NCBI GenBank assembly: GCA_030704615.1
Contig: CM060731.1
Span: 57,536,001-57,600,000 of the forward strand
Length of the DNA: 64,000 bases
Direction: 5' to 3'
Source of the DNA: Takakia lepidozioides
Taxonomy: Eukaryota > Plantae > Bryophyta
The notes beneath the pieces are model-generated. The model was not told where the DNA came from, searched no databases, and saw only the letters and a list, made by a program, of their open reading frames with translations. This document shows positions 26,545-38,717 of the stretch, one piece after another. Positions within the stretch are counted from its first letter, which is position 1. Each line of letters opens with the position of its first letter. The translations under genes were made by a program, and so were the position numbers.

Positions 26545-28463
26545 ACCTTGTCATTGTTTTTTTCATTTGGAATCGGCCTCATAGGGTATCTCTTTGAGCT
26601 TCAATGCACACTTACCTGGCAGCTCTAGCAGTGTGTGTCAACGCACACTGTTTGAGCCCACCTTGTCATTCTTTTTTTCATTTGGAAATCGGCCTCATAG
26701 GGCATCTCTTTGTTGTTCAATGCACACTTACCTGGCAGCTCCAGCAGTGTGCGTCAACGCACACTATTTGAGCCCACCTTGTCATTGTTTTTTTTTTCAT
26801 GTGAAAATCGGCCACATAGGGCATCTCTTTGAGCTTCAATAAACACTTACGTGGTAGCTCCAGCAGCGTGCGTCAATGCACACTGTTTGAGCCCACCATG
26901 TCATTATATTTTTAATCTGAAAATCGGCCACATAGGGCATCTCTTTGAGCTTCAATGCACACTTACGTGGCAGCTCAAATAGTGTGCGTCAACGCACACT
27001 GTTTGAGCCCAACTTGTCATTGTTTTTTTCATGTGAAAATTGGCCACATAGGCATGTATTTGAGGTTCAATGCAGACTTACCTGGCGCTCAAACAGTGTG
27101 CGTCAACGCACACTGTTCCAGCCCACCATGTCATTGTTTTTTTTTTATATGAAAATCGGCCACATAGGGCATCTCTTTGAGCCTCAATACACACTTTACG
27201 TGGCAGCTCAAAACAGTGTGCGTCAACGCACACTGTTTGACCCAACATGTCTTTATTTTTTTCATGTGAAAATCGGCCACATAGGGCATGTATTTGAGTT
27301 CAATGCAGACTTACGTGGCAGCTCAAACAGTGTGCGTCAACGCACACTGTTGCAAGGCATCCATTTTTTTTTTTTTTTTTTTTTTGATCGGGGCCACATA
27401 GGGCATCAAGGCAGCTCCAGCAGTGTGCGTCAACGCACACTGTTTGAGCACACCATGTCATTATTTTTTTAATCTGAAAATCGCCACATAAGGCATCTCT
27501 TTGAGCTTCAATGCACACTTACGTGGCAGCTCAAATATGTGCGTCAACGCACACTGTTTGAACCCAACTTGTCATTGTTTTTTTTTCATGTGAAAATTGG
27601 CCACATAGGGCATGTATTTGAGGTTCAATGCAGACTTACCTGGCAGCTCAAACAGTGTGCGTCAACGCACACTGTTCAGCCCACCATGTCATTGTTTTTT
27701 TTATATGAAAATCGGCCCTATAGGCATCTCTTTGAGCCTCAATACACACTTACGTGGCAGCTCAAACAGTGTGCGTCAACGCACACGTTTGACCCCAACA
27801 TGTCTTTATTTTTTCATGTGAAAATCGGCCACATAGGGCATGTACTTGAGGTTCAATGCAGACTGACGTGCAGCTCAAACAGTGTGCGTCAACGCACACT
27901 GTTGCAGCATCCATTTTTTTTTTTTTTTTTTTTTTTGAGAAATCGGCCACATAGGCATCTCAAGGCAGCTCCAGCATGTGCGTCACGCACACTGTTTGAG
28001 CACACCATGTCATTGTTATTTTTTAATCTGAAAATCGGCCACATAAGGCATCTCTTTGAGCTTCAATGCACTTACGTGGCAGCTCAAATAGTGTGCGTCA
28101 ACGCACACTGTTTGAGCCCAACTTGTCATTGTTTTTTTCATGTGAAAATTGGCCACATAGGGCATGTATTTGAGGTTCAAAAGACTTACCTGGCAGCTCA
28201 AACAGTGTGCGTCAACGCACACTGTTCCAGCCCACCATGTCATTGTTTTTTTTATATGAAAATCGGCCACATAGGGCATCTCTTTGAGCCTCAATACACA
28301 CTTACGTGGCAGCTCAACAGTGTGCGTCAACGCACACTGTTTGACCCCAACATGTCTTTATTTTTTTCATGTGAAAATCGGCCACATAGGGCATGTATTT
28401 GAGGTTCAATGCAGACTTACGTGGCAGCTCAAACAGTGTGCGTCAACGCACACTGTTGCAGGC

Positions 28464-28494
<31 letters not shown>

Positions 28495-29018
28495 TGAAAA
28501 TCGGCCACATAGGGCATCTCAAGGCAGCTCCAGCAGTGTGCGTCAACGCACACTGTTTGAGCACACCATGTCATTATTTTTTTAATCTGAAAATCGGCCA
28601 CATAAGGCATCTCTTTGAGCTTCAATGCACACTTACGTGGCAGCTCAAATAGTGTGCGTCAACGCACACTGTTTGAGCCCAACTTGTCATTGTTTTTTTC
28701 ATGTGAAAATTGGCCACATGGGCATGTATTTGAGGTTCAATGCAGACTTACCTGGCAGCTCAAACAGTGTGCGTCAACGCACACTGTTCCAGCCCACCAT
28801 GTCATTGTTTTTTTTTATATGAAAATCGGCCACATAGGGCATCTCTTTAGCCTCAATACACACTTTGGCAGCTCAAACAGTGTGCGTCAACGCACACTGT
28901 TTGACCCCAACATGTCTTTTTTTTTCATGTGAAAATTGGCCACATAGGGCATGTATTTGAGGTTCAATGCAGACTTACGTGGCAGCTCAAACAGTGTGCG
29001 TCAACGCACACTGTTGCA

Positions 29019-29055
<37 letters not shown>

Positions 29056-29957
29056 AAAATCGGCCACATAGGGCATCTCGCTTGTGCGTCAACGCACACT
29101 GTTTGAGCACACATGTCATTATTTTTTAATCTGAAATCGGCCACATAAGGCATCTTGAGCTTCAATGCACACTTACGTGGCAGCTCAAATAGTGTGCGTC
29201 AACGCACACTGTTTGAGCCCAACTTGTCATTGTTTTTTTCATGTGAAAATTGGCCACATAGGGCATGTATTTGAGGTTCAATGCAGACTTACCTGGCAGC
29301 TCAAATAGTGTGCGTCAACGCACACTGTTCCAACCAACCATGTTTTTTTTTTTTTTGAAAATCGGCCGCATCTCTTTGAGCTTTAATGCACACTTACGTG
29401 GCAGCTCCAGCAGTGTGCGTCAACGCACACTGTTCGAGTCCACCATGTCATTATTTTTTTAATCTGAAAATCGGCCACATAGGCATCTCTTTGAGCTTCA
29501 ATGCACACTTACGTGGCAGCTCAAATAGTGTGCGTCAACGCACACTGTTTGAGCCCAACTTGTCATTGTTTTTTTCATGTGAAAATTGGCCACATAGGGC
29601 ATGTATTTGAGGTTCAATGCAGACTTACCTGGCAGCTCAAAACAGTGTGCGTCAACGCACACTGTTGTCGAAAACGGCCACATAGGGCATCTCTTTTTTC
29701 AATACACATTACGTGGCAGCTCAACAGTGTGCGTCCCCACCATGTCATTGTTTTTTTTATTGAAAATCGGCCACATAGGGCATCTCTTTGAGCCTCAATA
29801 CACACTTACGTGGCAGAGTGTGCGTCAACGCACACTGTTTGAGCCACCATGTCATTATTTTTAATCTGAAAATCGGCCACATAGGCATCTCTTTGAAATG
29901 CACACTTACGTGGCAGCTCAAATAGTGTGCGTCAACGCACATGTTCCAGCCAACCAT

Positions 29958-29999
<42 letters not shown>

Positions 30000-31200
30000 G
30001 CATAGGGCATCTCTTGAGCTTTAATCCACACTTACGTGGCAGCTCTTGCAGTGTGCGTCAACGCACACTGTTTGAGCACCATGTCATTATTTTTTTAATC
30101 TGAAAATCGGCCACATAAGGCATCTCTTTGAGCTTCAATGCACACTTACGTGGCAGCTCAAATAGTGTGCGTCAACGCACACTGTTGAGCCCAACTTGTC
30201 ATTGTTTTTTCATGTGAAAATTGGCCACATAGGGCATGTATTTGAGGTTCAATGCAGACTTACCTAGCAGCTCAAAGAGTGTGCGTCAATGCACACTGTT
30301 CCAGCCCACCATGTCATTGTTTTTTTATCTGAAAATAGGCCACATAGGCATCTCTTTGAGCTTCAATAACACTTACGTGGCAGCTCAAACAGTGTGCATC
30401 AACGCACATGAGCCAACTTGTCATTGTTTTTTCACTGGCCACATAGGGCATGTATTTGAGGTTCAATGCAGACTTACTGGCAGCTCAAACAGTGTGCGTC
30501 AACGCACACTGTTCCAGCACCATGTCATTGTTTTTTTATCTGAAAATCGGCCACATAGGGCATCTCTTTGAGCGTCAATGCACACTTACCTGGCAGCTGG
30601 CATAGAATCGACCACAAAGGTCATCTCTGTGAGTTTCAATTCACACTTACCTGGCAACCCAAACGGTGTGCGTCAACGCACACGGTTTGAGCCCCCCTGA
30701 TTTGCTTGTTTATGATATGGAAATTGTGCACCTACGGCTAGTCTGGCAAGTTCATTCGACTCCAAAATGGAAGCTCAAACAGTGTGCGCGGACGCACACT
30801 GTTTGAGCCCCCTTCACTGCCTTTTTTTATTTCAAATTGGCCACTTATGGCCACTATGCCATATTAAAATCACACCTTATTGCAAGCTCAAACAGTGTGC
30901 GGCAACGCACACTGTTTGAGCTTCCTTATGTGATTGATTTTGATGTGAAAATCGGTCTCCTGGGGCCACTTTGGCAGGTTGAATCCAATCTTTATTGGAA
31001 GCTCAAACAGTGCGGCAACGCACACTGTTTGAGCCCTTATGTGATTGCTTTTGATTTGAAAATCGGTCCCCTGGGGCCACTCTGGCAGGTTGAATCCAAT
31101 CCTTATTGGAAGCTCAAACAGTGTGCGGCAACACACACTGTTTTGAGCCCCCTTCGTGCTTGTTTTTCTATGTGAAATTGGGCCTAACAGGGCCAGTATG
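26545..31200. repeat. Tandem array of ~115-120-bp monomers, each with a 16-bp-arm palindrome; ~555-bp five-monomer higher-order repeat
   Basis: gctcaaacagtgtgcg-tcaa-cgcacactgtttgagc core. The variant aaggcagctccag recurs at 27408, 27962 and 28521. Confidence 0.95.
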
Positions 31201-31934
31201 CATGCTCAAAACTCCCATAGTTGTCAAAACTCCCATGGTATTTGGATTGCCCTCCTTCTGAGACCCCAGCTCAGGATGTGTCTTTGAGGAGAGAGAATGA
31301 GCGTATAGCAGCCACCGCCGCAGCAGCCGACCTCGACATTCATGATAGAAATTTGAGGACTCTTGCAGAGAAGGAGCCTCCCGCTCAGGATACCCTGGGT
31401 AGAGGTAGGGGCAAAGGGAAAAGATGTTGTTGGTGGTGTGGGAAAGGAAGGGGTAGGGGGAAGGGGCACAAGGGCAGGTAGGTGGGCTATCACACCTATT
31501 TGGACTTCTTTCAAGTCCTCCTCGGTCTTACGTGCAACCTGTCTATGCGGAGGCACTCGCAACAAGCATGTCCATTCATGGCACTCGCTGTCCGCCCATT
31601 GACGGCCGTGGTAGAAGACGTGGTGTTGGGGCCAGAATCTTTGTGGATGACATAGCACAGGAGGTCGAGAGTGATTCTGATGACTGTGACACTTGATATG
31701 AAGTTTTCTTTTGGTTTTATTCGGGGCCAAATTTGAAATGGGATGGTTTGTGTCCTTGTTGTCCTGTTTGCAATGTGCGTGGGATGCAACTTCATGGGAA
31801 CAAAATTATTGGAGATGGGGGTTGCATGGACTGCCCGGATTGTTCCTTCAATCTATTTAGAGTTTTGTGGACCTCACAGGCTTGAGTGCATTTCAAAAAC
31901 AAACAATCGACTTTGATTCGTGTACAGCATTCTC

Positions 31935-32150
31935 GCATCATTTGCTCGTTGTCTCCAAACCATTCCTGCTAGAAGAATGCTTGGTGAATCCATCGAAGTG
32001 AAGTCCACGTGATCAAAGATCGTTCAGGCATTCTCAAATCTGGTGAGCATCCATGATGCTCCCGCACATACTTGGCATGTTCACAAAGGTGGTGAGTAAG
32101 AAAAGATTTCGCAGGGATCCGCTTTAGATGATGTCAGTGTGCACCTCCTC
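31935..32150 (-). pseudogene. Diverged fragment of the PLS-PPR gene N-terminal L-S-P motifs
   Basis: Matches 36260-36478 (catcatttgctc.., ccacgtgatcaaagatcgtt, ggtgagcatccatgatgctcccgcac). Confidence 0.8.
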
Positions 32151-32199
32151 ACGACGTACCCACATTCCAATGCAGAGTTTGGTTTCCGTCCTTAAGCTC

Positions 32200-32325
32200 C
32201 CGACAGTCTCGAGGCTGAGCCAAAAGCCCAGGCCCTCCTGAGGCCTAGTTTTTGGGCAAATTACACACAGCAGATTGATGCTTGTGTGAAGGGATTTCTA
32301 GAGGATATCTGGAAAACCTGGATTA
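32200..32325. repeat. Short dispersed repeat (also at 57300-57470 and, inverted, at 1236-1310)
   Basis: Shared gaggctg(a/g)gccaaaagccc core; the 32.2-kb and 57.3-kb copies also share gggcaaat(t/c)acacacagcagat..gggatttctagaggatatctggaaaac. Confidence 0.85.
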
Positions 32326-33925
32326 ATTCTTTATATGAAGGAAAGTCTTTGATAACGTCTAGATGGATGCAATGGATACAAAGGATGGATACAATGGATG
32401 TAATACATCCAGTCTGCATTCCCGGGAAATGGCTGTTCAACCCGCGGTAATAGGTGACACCCGCGGAAATAGGCCCTGTATGCATGCTGACGTGGCGTGA
32501 GCCTGTGCTGGGCTCACGGTTTCCTGGGCTCACAGGCTCACGCCTCCGGGCTCACGGAATAGCACCCCCCTTTGAAATGTAGAATGATAGACAGCCTTCA
32601 CTTGAATTCCTATAAAAAAAGCTTGCAGTCAATCAACACAAATGCCCGGTGAGGCACATACTCAAATGTATTAATTCTCCAACTGTAGCAATTGTGTTCT
32701 GAAGTGGGTGGCCTCTGTCCCCAATCTCCAATGTGCACAAACTGATGTCATAGTGTGAGGCAACCCATTTTTTTTCATTTCATGTACAGCGGCCATGTGG
32801 CTACAAACTGGTGGGGTACAGAGCGTAGGTGACGAACCAGCTGTTTTTCACGTCACGTGGATCGTATGTGACTACAACTATGCACCATATTGTCGCAATA
32901 TGGCGACCATATATGACCAAGAAGACGTTTCGAGGGCGACACATGTTCAAAGCAGGACAAATAAACTTGGCTCATTCAACCTGTTGCGAATCTTGTTGTG
33001 AACAAACGAGTAACTGCACTCAAATCTCACAGGATAAAGCAGAGCACACTTCGAAGGGCCCTTACATTGCAAGAAAGTGGCTACCATAAAAAGGTAGCCT
33101 TACATTGCAGTGCCGACGGCCACCCCCTCTAGCCCTAAAATGCTAGGCGAACGGACGGCCCAAGGCACAGCACATGGCGAGATCCCCCACGGCTGCCACC
33201 CCAACAGGCGCCGGCCGTTGGCCACAGGATCCAGTTCCAAGGCGCCAAGGGGTGGTTCCCTTGGTGCTTTATGGTGACACTCCACCAGGGAACGCATGCT
33301 TTCTGGTTTTTTTTTTTTTTTTCATTTTTTCCCCTGTTTTTATACATTTCTGGCTTTATTTTGCCTAAATAATATGGGCTGAGGAGTCAAGCAGCATCAA
33401 TCAATAACAACATACCCAAATACCCTTACAATATGAACTTTCAAGCAGCCACCATGGGATTGGATCTGGTGGGTTAAGGATAGCTTTTGACAATATTCAT
33501 GCAAGTTCGTCAAGGGCTCCATCCAAAGCCACACCACAAGAAACAAACAAACATGTGCAAATTTAAGATGCTGAACAAACTTGTGCACAGGGCTGCCCCT
33601 CTAATCAAGCTCATCAAAATTCGTATTCACTTCCATCTTCAAGCTTTGGAGAAGCTCCACCACCCAAACCCAGAATTAGGACAGCACTCTGATTTCCATC
33701 CACTGTCACCAAAGTCAGTCCAATATCACCCCTTCAGTCAAGTGCAATTATGGGCGACTTCCCACCTATGCCGGGTAGACCCACTATCATTCCCGTGGAT
33801 ATGCCACAGGAAATGCACTCAACAGTACATCATGGTCAATACTCAGGAAATGGTGGATGATCTGAGTAGCTACACAGATCACTGAATGAAGCAAGACACT
33901 CGCATCTTTCCAAGAAAACATCCTT

Positions 33926-36900
33926 TCACCAGTAATCCCCACAAGAACAAATCCCATCTTCAAAGTGGTGAAAGCGGTTAGCGTCCCGTACAACAATTGC
34001 TCGGCCAACAATCTTTGAGATGAATTTGGTGGAGGTGTGGCAGTCACACACACACTCGAAGATTCTTGATGAGACGGAGAGGCGTCCTAGGGGTCGTGCT
34101 GATCAGCCCAAAACCAATGGCCAGCTTCTCACTGTGGTGGCAAAGAGAAAATTCCTTTTCCTCCTCCCCCACATCGTGCAATACAAAGCGCGTGTCAGGC
34201 ACATACCCCGCCTCCTTCATCTGCCCAGACAATCTTCTCAGCTCAGCATGGATTTCCTTAATTCTGGGATGCAACTTGTCATCTACAACGAAGGTGTGCA
34301 CCCTGTTGCCAACCTCAATGCAGCAGCGACCTGGCTCCTTTCTAACCCCTTTGACCTTCATCATTCTTCTCACCTTTGCAGTATCATCCCACCTGCCAGC
34401 TGCAGCATAGATGTTTGAGAGCAACACATAAGTCGCGGCATCCTGTTCATCCCACGTGAGGATAGATGTTGCTGCACGTTCAGCCATCTCCACATTGCCA
34501 TGGATTCTGCAGGCACCAAGCAAGGCCTTCCACACCACAGCATCTGGATTGATGGGCATTTTATTAATCAGGTCCACTGCCTCATCCAGTTGTCCCGCAC
34601 GTCCAAGAAGGTCCACCATGCAGCCAAAGTGCTTTACTGTCGGAGTGACACCATGATTGACCAGGGAATCAAAGTAGCGTCTTCCTTCATTCAGTAGGCC
34701 AGCGTGGCTGCATGCAGAGAGAACACATATATAGGTGATACTGTCCGGCTTCAAGCCGTTCTTTTGCATTCCTTCAAATAGTTGCACGACTTCCCTATGA
34801 CAACCATGCAGTGCATATCCTGCGATCATCGCCCTCCACGACACCACATTACGTTCAGCCATATTGTCAAACACTCCCTTTGCATCCTCGATGCACCCAC
34901 ATTTGGCATACATGTCCACCAGGGCATGTTCAGGATCACATCTGGTACAATTCCAGCTCTGACGATGTCGCCATGCACCTCTTTGCCCTTTTCCAGGGCT
35001 GCCAGGCTTGCACACGCACTGCAAACGCACAAACGTGATGTGGTCGGGCTTCACCCCTTCCCCCATCATTTGCTCATACGTCTCCAAAGCCTCCATCCCG
35101 CGACCCTGCTGTGCATACCCTGCGATCATCGCGTTCCACGACACCACATTTCGTTCAGCCATATTGTCGAACACTCCCTTTGCATCCTCGATGCTCCCAC
35201 ATTTGGCATACATGTCCACGAGGGTATTGTTCAAAATCACATCTGGTACAATTCCAGCTCTGACGATGTCGCCATGCACCTCTTTGCCCTTTTCCAGGGC
35301 TGCCAGGCTTGCACACGCACTGCAAACGCACACAAACGTGATGTGGTCGGGCTTCACCCCTTCCCCCATCATTTGCTCATACGTCTCCAAAGCCATCCCG
35401 CGCCCCTGCTGTGCATACCCTGCAAGCATCGCACTCCACGACACCACATTTCGTTCAGCCATATTGTCGAACACTCCCTTTGCATCCTCGATTCCCACAT
35501 TTGGCATACATGTCCACCGAGGGTATTGTTCAGGATCACATCTGGTACAATCCAGCTCTGACGATGTCGCCATGCACCTCTTTGCCCTTTTCCAGGGCTG
35601 CCAGGCTTGCACACGCACTGCAAACGCACACAAACGTGATGTGGTCGGGCTTCACCCTTCGCCCCATTTGCTCATACGTCTCCAAAGCCTCCATCCCCGC
35701 CCCTGCTGTGCATACCCTGCAAGCGCGTTCCACGACACCACATTCGTTCAGCCATATTGTCGAACACTCCCTTTGCATCCTCGATGCTCCCACATTTGGC
35801 ATACATGTCCACCAGGGCAGTGTTCAGGATCACATCTGGTACAATTCCAGCTCTGACGATGTCGCCATGCACCTCTTTGCCCTTTTCCAGGGCTGCCAGG
35901 CTTGCACACGCACTGCAAACGCACACAAACGTGATGTGGTCGGGCTTCACCCCTTCCCCCATCATTTGCTCATAGGTCTCCAAAGCCTCCATCCCGTGCC
36001 CTGCTGTGCATACCTGCAATCATCGCACTCCACGACACCACATCTCGTTCAGCCATACTGTCGAACACTCCCTTTGCATCCTCGATGCTCCCACATTTGG
36101 CATACATGTCCACCAGGGCAGTGTTCAGGATCACATTTGGTACAATTCCAGCTCTGACGATGTCGCCATGCACCTCTTTGCCCTTTTCCAGGGCTGCCAG
36201 GCTTGCACACGCTTGCAAACACACACAAACGTGATATGGTGGGCTTCACCCCTTCCCCATCATTTGCTCATAGGTCTCCAAAGCATTCCTACCACACCCA
36301 TGCTTGGTAAATCCTGCCAACATTATATTCCACGTGATCAAAGATCGTTGAGGCATTCTGTTGAACACTTGGTGAGCATCCATGATGCTCCCGCACTTAA
36401 CATACATGTTGACAAGGGTGTTGAGAGAAAAAACATTTGGCGTGAATCCACTTTGGATAATGTGAGTGTGCACCTGCTTTCCAGCTTCCAGGCCTTTCAC
36501 CTTGATGCACTTATGCAAGAGACAGACATACGTTTCTGAATCTGCTGAAATGCCTCCTTGGTTTAAAGTCTGTAGAGCCTCTTTCAGTCTGCCTGCCTCA
36601 CAAAGCATCTTCACATGCCCAGAAGTGCCAGAAGAGGCATTGTGGACTCCCTCTCTTGATCCTCTTCCAGAAGCTGTGGTCATGGTTGAGGTGCCTGATT
36701 TTTATCAACTGTGCCGCTGCAGCTGCTGCCTTTAGTTGACCATCTACCCATGCAGGTTTCTTGTAGCTATTGATCCACAGGGAATCATAGGTAATCTTGT
36801 GCTTGAAATCTGGCCCTCTTGGATGAATCTGTACCCACACTCTACCCCTGCTCCTTCAGCTATCCATGCCTCTGCACAAATCATGCATTCATCCTTGCCT

Positions 36901-38332
36901 TGCTGCTAGCAGCTGACAATGACAGCCTAGATTTGTTCTAGGAAACACCCAACTCAACTTATCACACTAGTTCCTATGCTCAATTGCATCTGCTACTCTC
37001 TGTAATCCAACAGGCATTCACCTTTTTGCCTCGATTGTCCCACCATTGACTGGGGTCAGAAAAGTATTCATTCCACAGCTTCTCCTCGTCTCTGTTACCT
37101 TTTTGGATACTTTCCTGTTGTCACATTGGCAGTATCATGTCAAAGTCACTCCAAACTAAAGGTTCACTCAACCAGCTAACTTGCAGATTCAACATGAAAA
37201 TTTAGGGCCGTTCTGATAAGAGGGAAAAACAGGGTGAAATGTGTTGAAGAAGGTGCCTTCATAGCAGTGCCTGATTTTATCAATTGTGCCGCTGCTGCTG
37301 CGGCTTCCAGTTGACCATCTACCCATGCAGGTTTCTTGTAGCTATCCTTCCACAGGGAATCATAGGTAATCTGGAGCTTGAAATCTGGCCCTCTTGGATG
37401 AATCTGGACCCACACTCCATCCCTGCTCCTTCAGCTATCCATGCCTGCACAAATCAACATCCTTGCCTTGCTGCTAGCAACTGACAATGACAGCCTTAAT
37501 TCTTCCAGCAAAACCCACCATACTTATCACACTAGTTCCTATGCTGACTTGCGTCTGCTTTCCAACAGGCATTCACCTTTTTGTCTCCATTGTCCACCAT
37601 TGACTGGGGTCGGAAAAGTGTTCATTCAAAGCTTCTCCTCATCTCTGTTATCTGTTTTTGGATACTTTCCTGCTGCCACATCGGCACTAACTTGTCAAAG
37701 TCATTCCAAACCACCACAGATCCACTGCAACATATGGCAAATGAAAGGCTACAACTTGGATGCAGACACCATATTCAATATGCAAATTCAGGGCCGAGTC
37801 TGATGAGAGCAAAACAGGCTGAAATAGGTCGAAGAAGAAGGTGCCCTCACCACATTGTCCTTGACCTTGTGTCATGACCCATGGAGGATTTGACCGACCA
37901 TCAACCCAAAAGGACCTCTTGTGTGTGCTGCTTGTGTCTGTAGTCAGGTAATGTCGGATTGGTCTGTGAGAACACCACGGTGCAGCTGAGCAGGCAGAGA
38001 TTGAAACACGGCCTGCTAAGACCAAGCTGACTCTCCCAAGAACCTTGTAAACATCAGGAAGAATACCAAATCATGGTACTAACAGGAGCCAAGAGCCCAC
38101 ATTTGCAGGATGGACAAACTTCTTCGTACATTAAGAAAAAGCCACACCTTGCGATTGCGGTTGTCCCACCATCGTGAAGGATCCTTTAAAAACTCATGCC
38201 AGCTCTGCTCCGTGCTCCAAGGTAGAGGTTTGTGCTCGAAAATCCGACAGCATCAACATTTTGACAAGGTCCTTTACTGAGGGGTGCTAGTGAGCTTTCA
38301 ACAACATTCATGCAAGTTGTTTTGGGCTCCAT
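33926..38332 (-). CDS. PLS-class PPR-E1-E2-DYW protein with N-terminal OSB-type PDF motifs (left copy; frameshifted as assembled)
   Basis: ~20 PPR motifs; PGRCCIE box, HSEKLA, CxDCH and ...CSCGDYW* (stop at 33926). Upstream PDF half-motif exons at ~38148-38210, 37870-37965, 37578-37645, 37270-37403, 37022-37092 and 36695-36828. The 5' end is uncertain. Confidence 0.85.
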
Positions 38333-38717
38333 TGGGCTCTTCCGATGAGGAACAACGAACATGTCCAGACTTACATAGATGCTAACCCAGCCTTATGTTT
38401 GCAGTCTGGAGATTGTACAGTGGTCTCTGAAAACGACCATGGAGGAAGGCGCTCAGGAGCAGCCAAAGTCTTTTACCCTGGGGCTTGGCATTTAAGTTTT
38501 TCTCACGTTCCAATACCCCAAGTCCTTCAAAAAATAAAAAAGTGGCCAAAGCCGGTGGACCGAAAATTGCTTATGGCTATTGCTGCCATGGGGAAGTGGC
38601 CATTGCATGTGGGGCCCATTTGGCGGCTGCATGCAAGGGCTAACCGCTAGGAGCCATCAGAGCGGCACGACCACGACCACAGTTTGGAGTTCGTTGTTCC
38701 TCATCGTGTAGAGCCCA

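Larger units (their letters stand above)
24549..32570. mobile_element. Non-autonomous Mutator-like DNA transposon (~8.0 kb)
   Basis: 9-bp direct repeat TTTGAAATG at 24540-24548 and 32571-32579. Ends are degenerate inverted repeats in exact register (N7-GCTA-N3-CGTGAGCCC-N5-CGTGAGCCTG). Internal SWIM-type transposase relic. Confidence 0.75.

Noticed and set aside
26594-31175. Many ORFs (up to 287 aa) in the satellite
   Set aside because: They are translations of the tandem repeat in all frames, with poly-Phe/Lys from T tracts.
26545-31200. CRISPR-like look of regularly spaced palindromic repeats
   Set aside because: The intervening sequences are homologous to each other rather than unique spacers, there are no cas genes, and the context is eukaryotic.
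31221-31795. Overlapping ORFs inside the Mutator-like element
   Set aside because: No recognisable homology; function cannot be supported.
32795-33370. Short ORFs, a GC-rich patch and a T-tract just outside the palindrome arm
   Set aside because: Could be a TE end, but no TIR, TSD or protein motif could be established.
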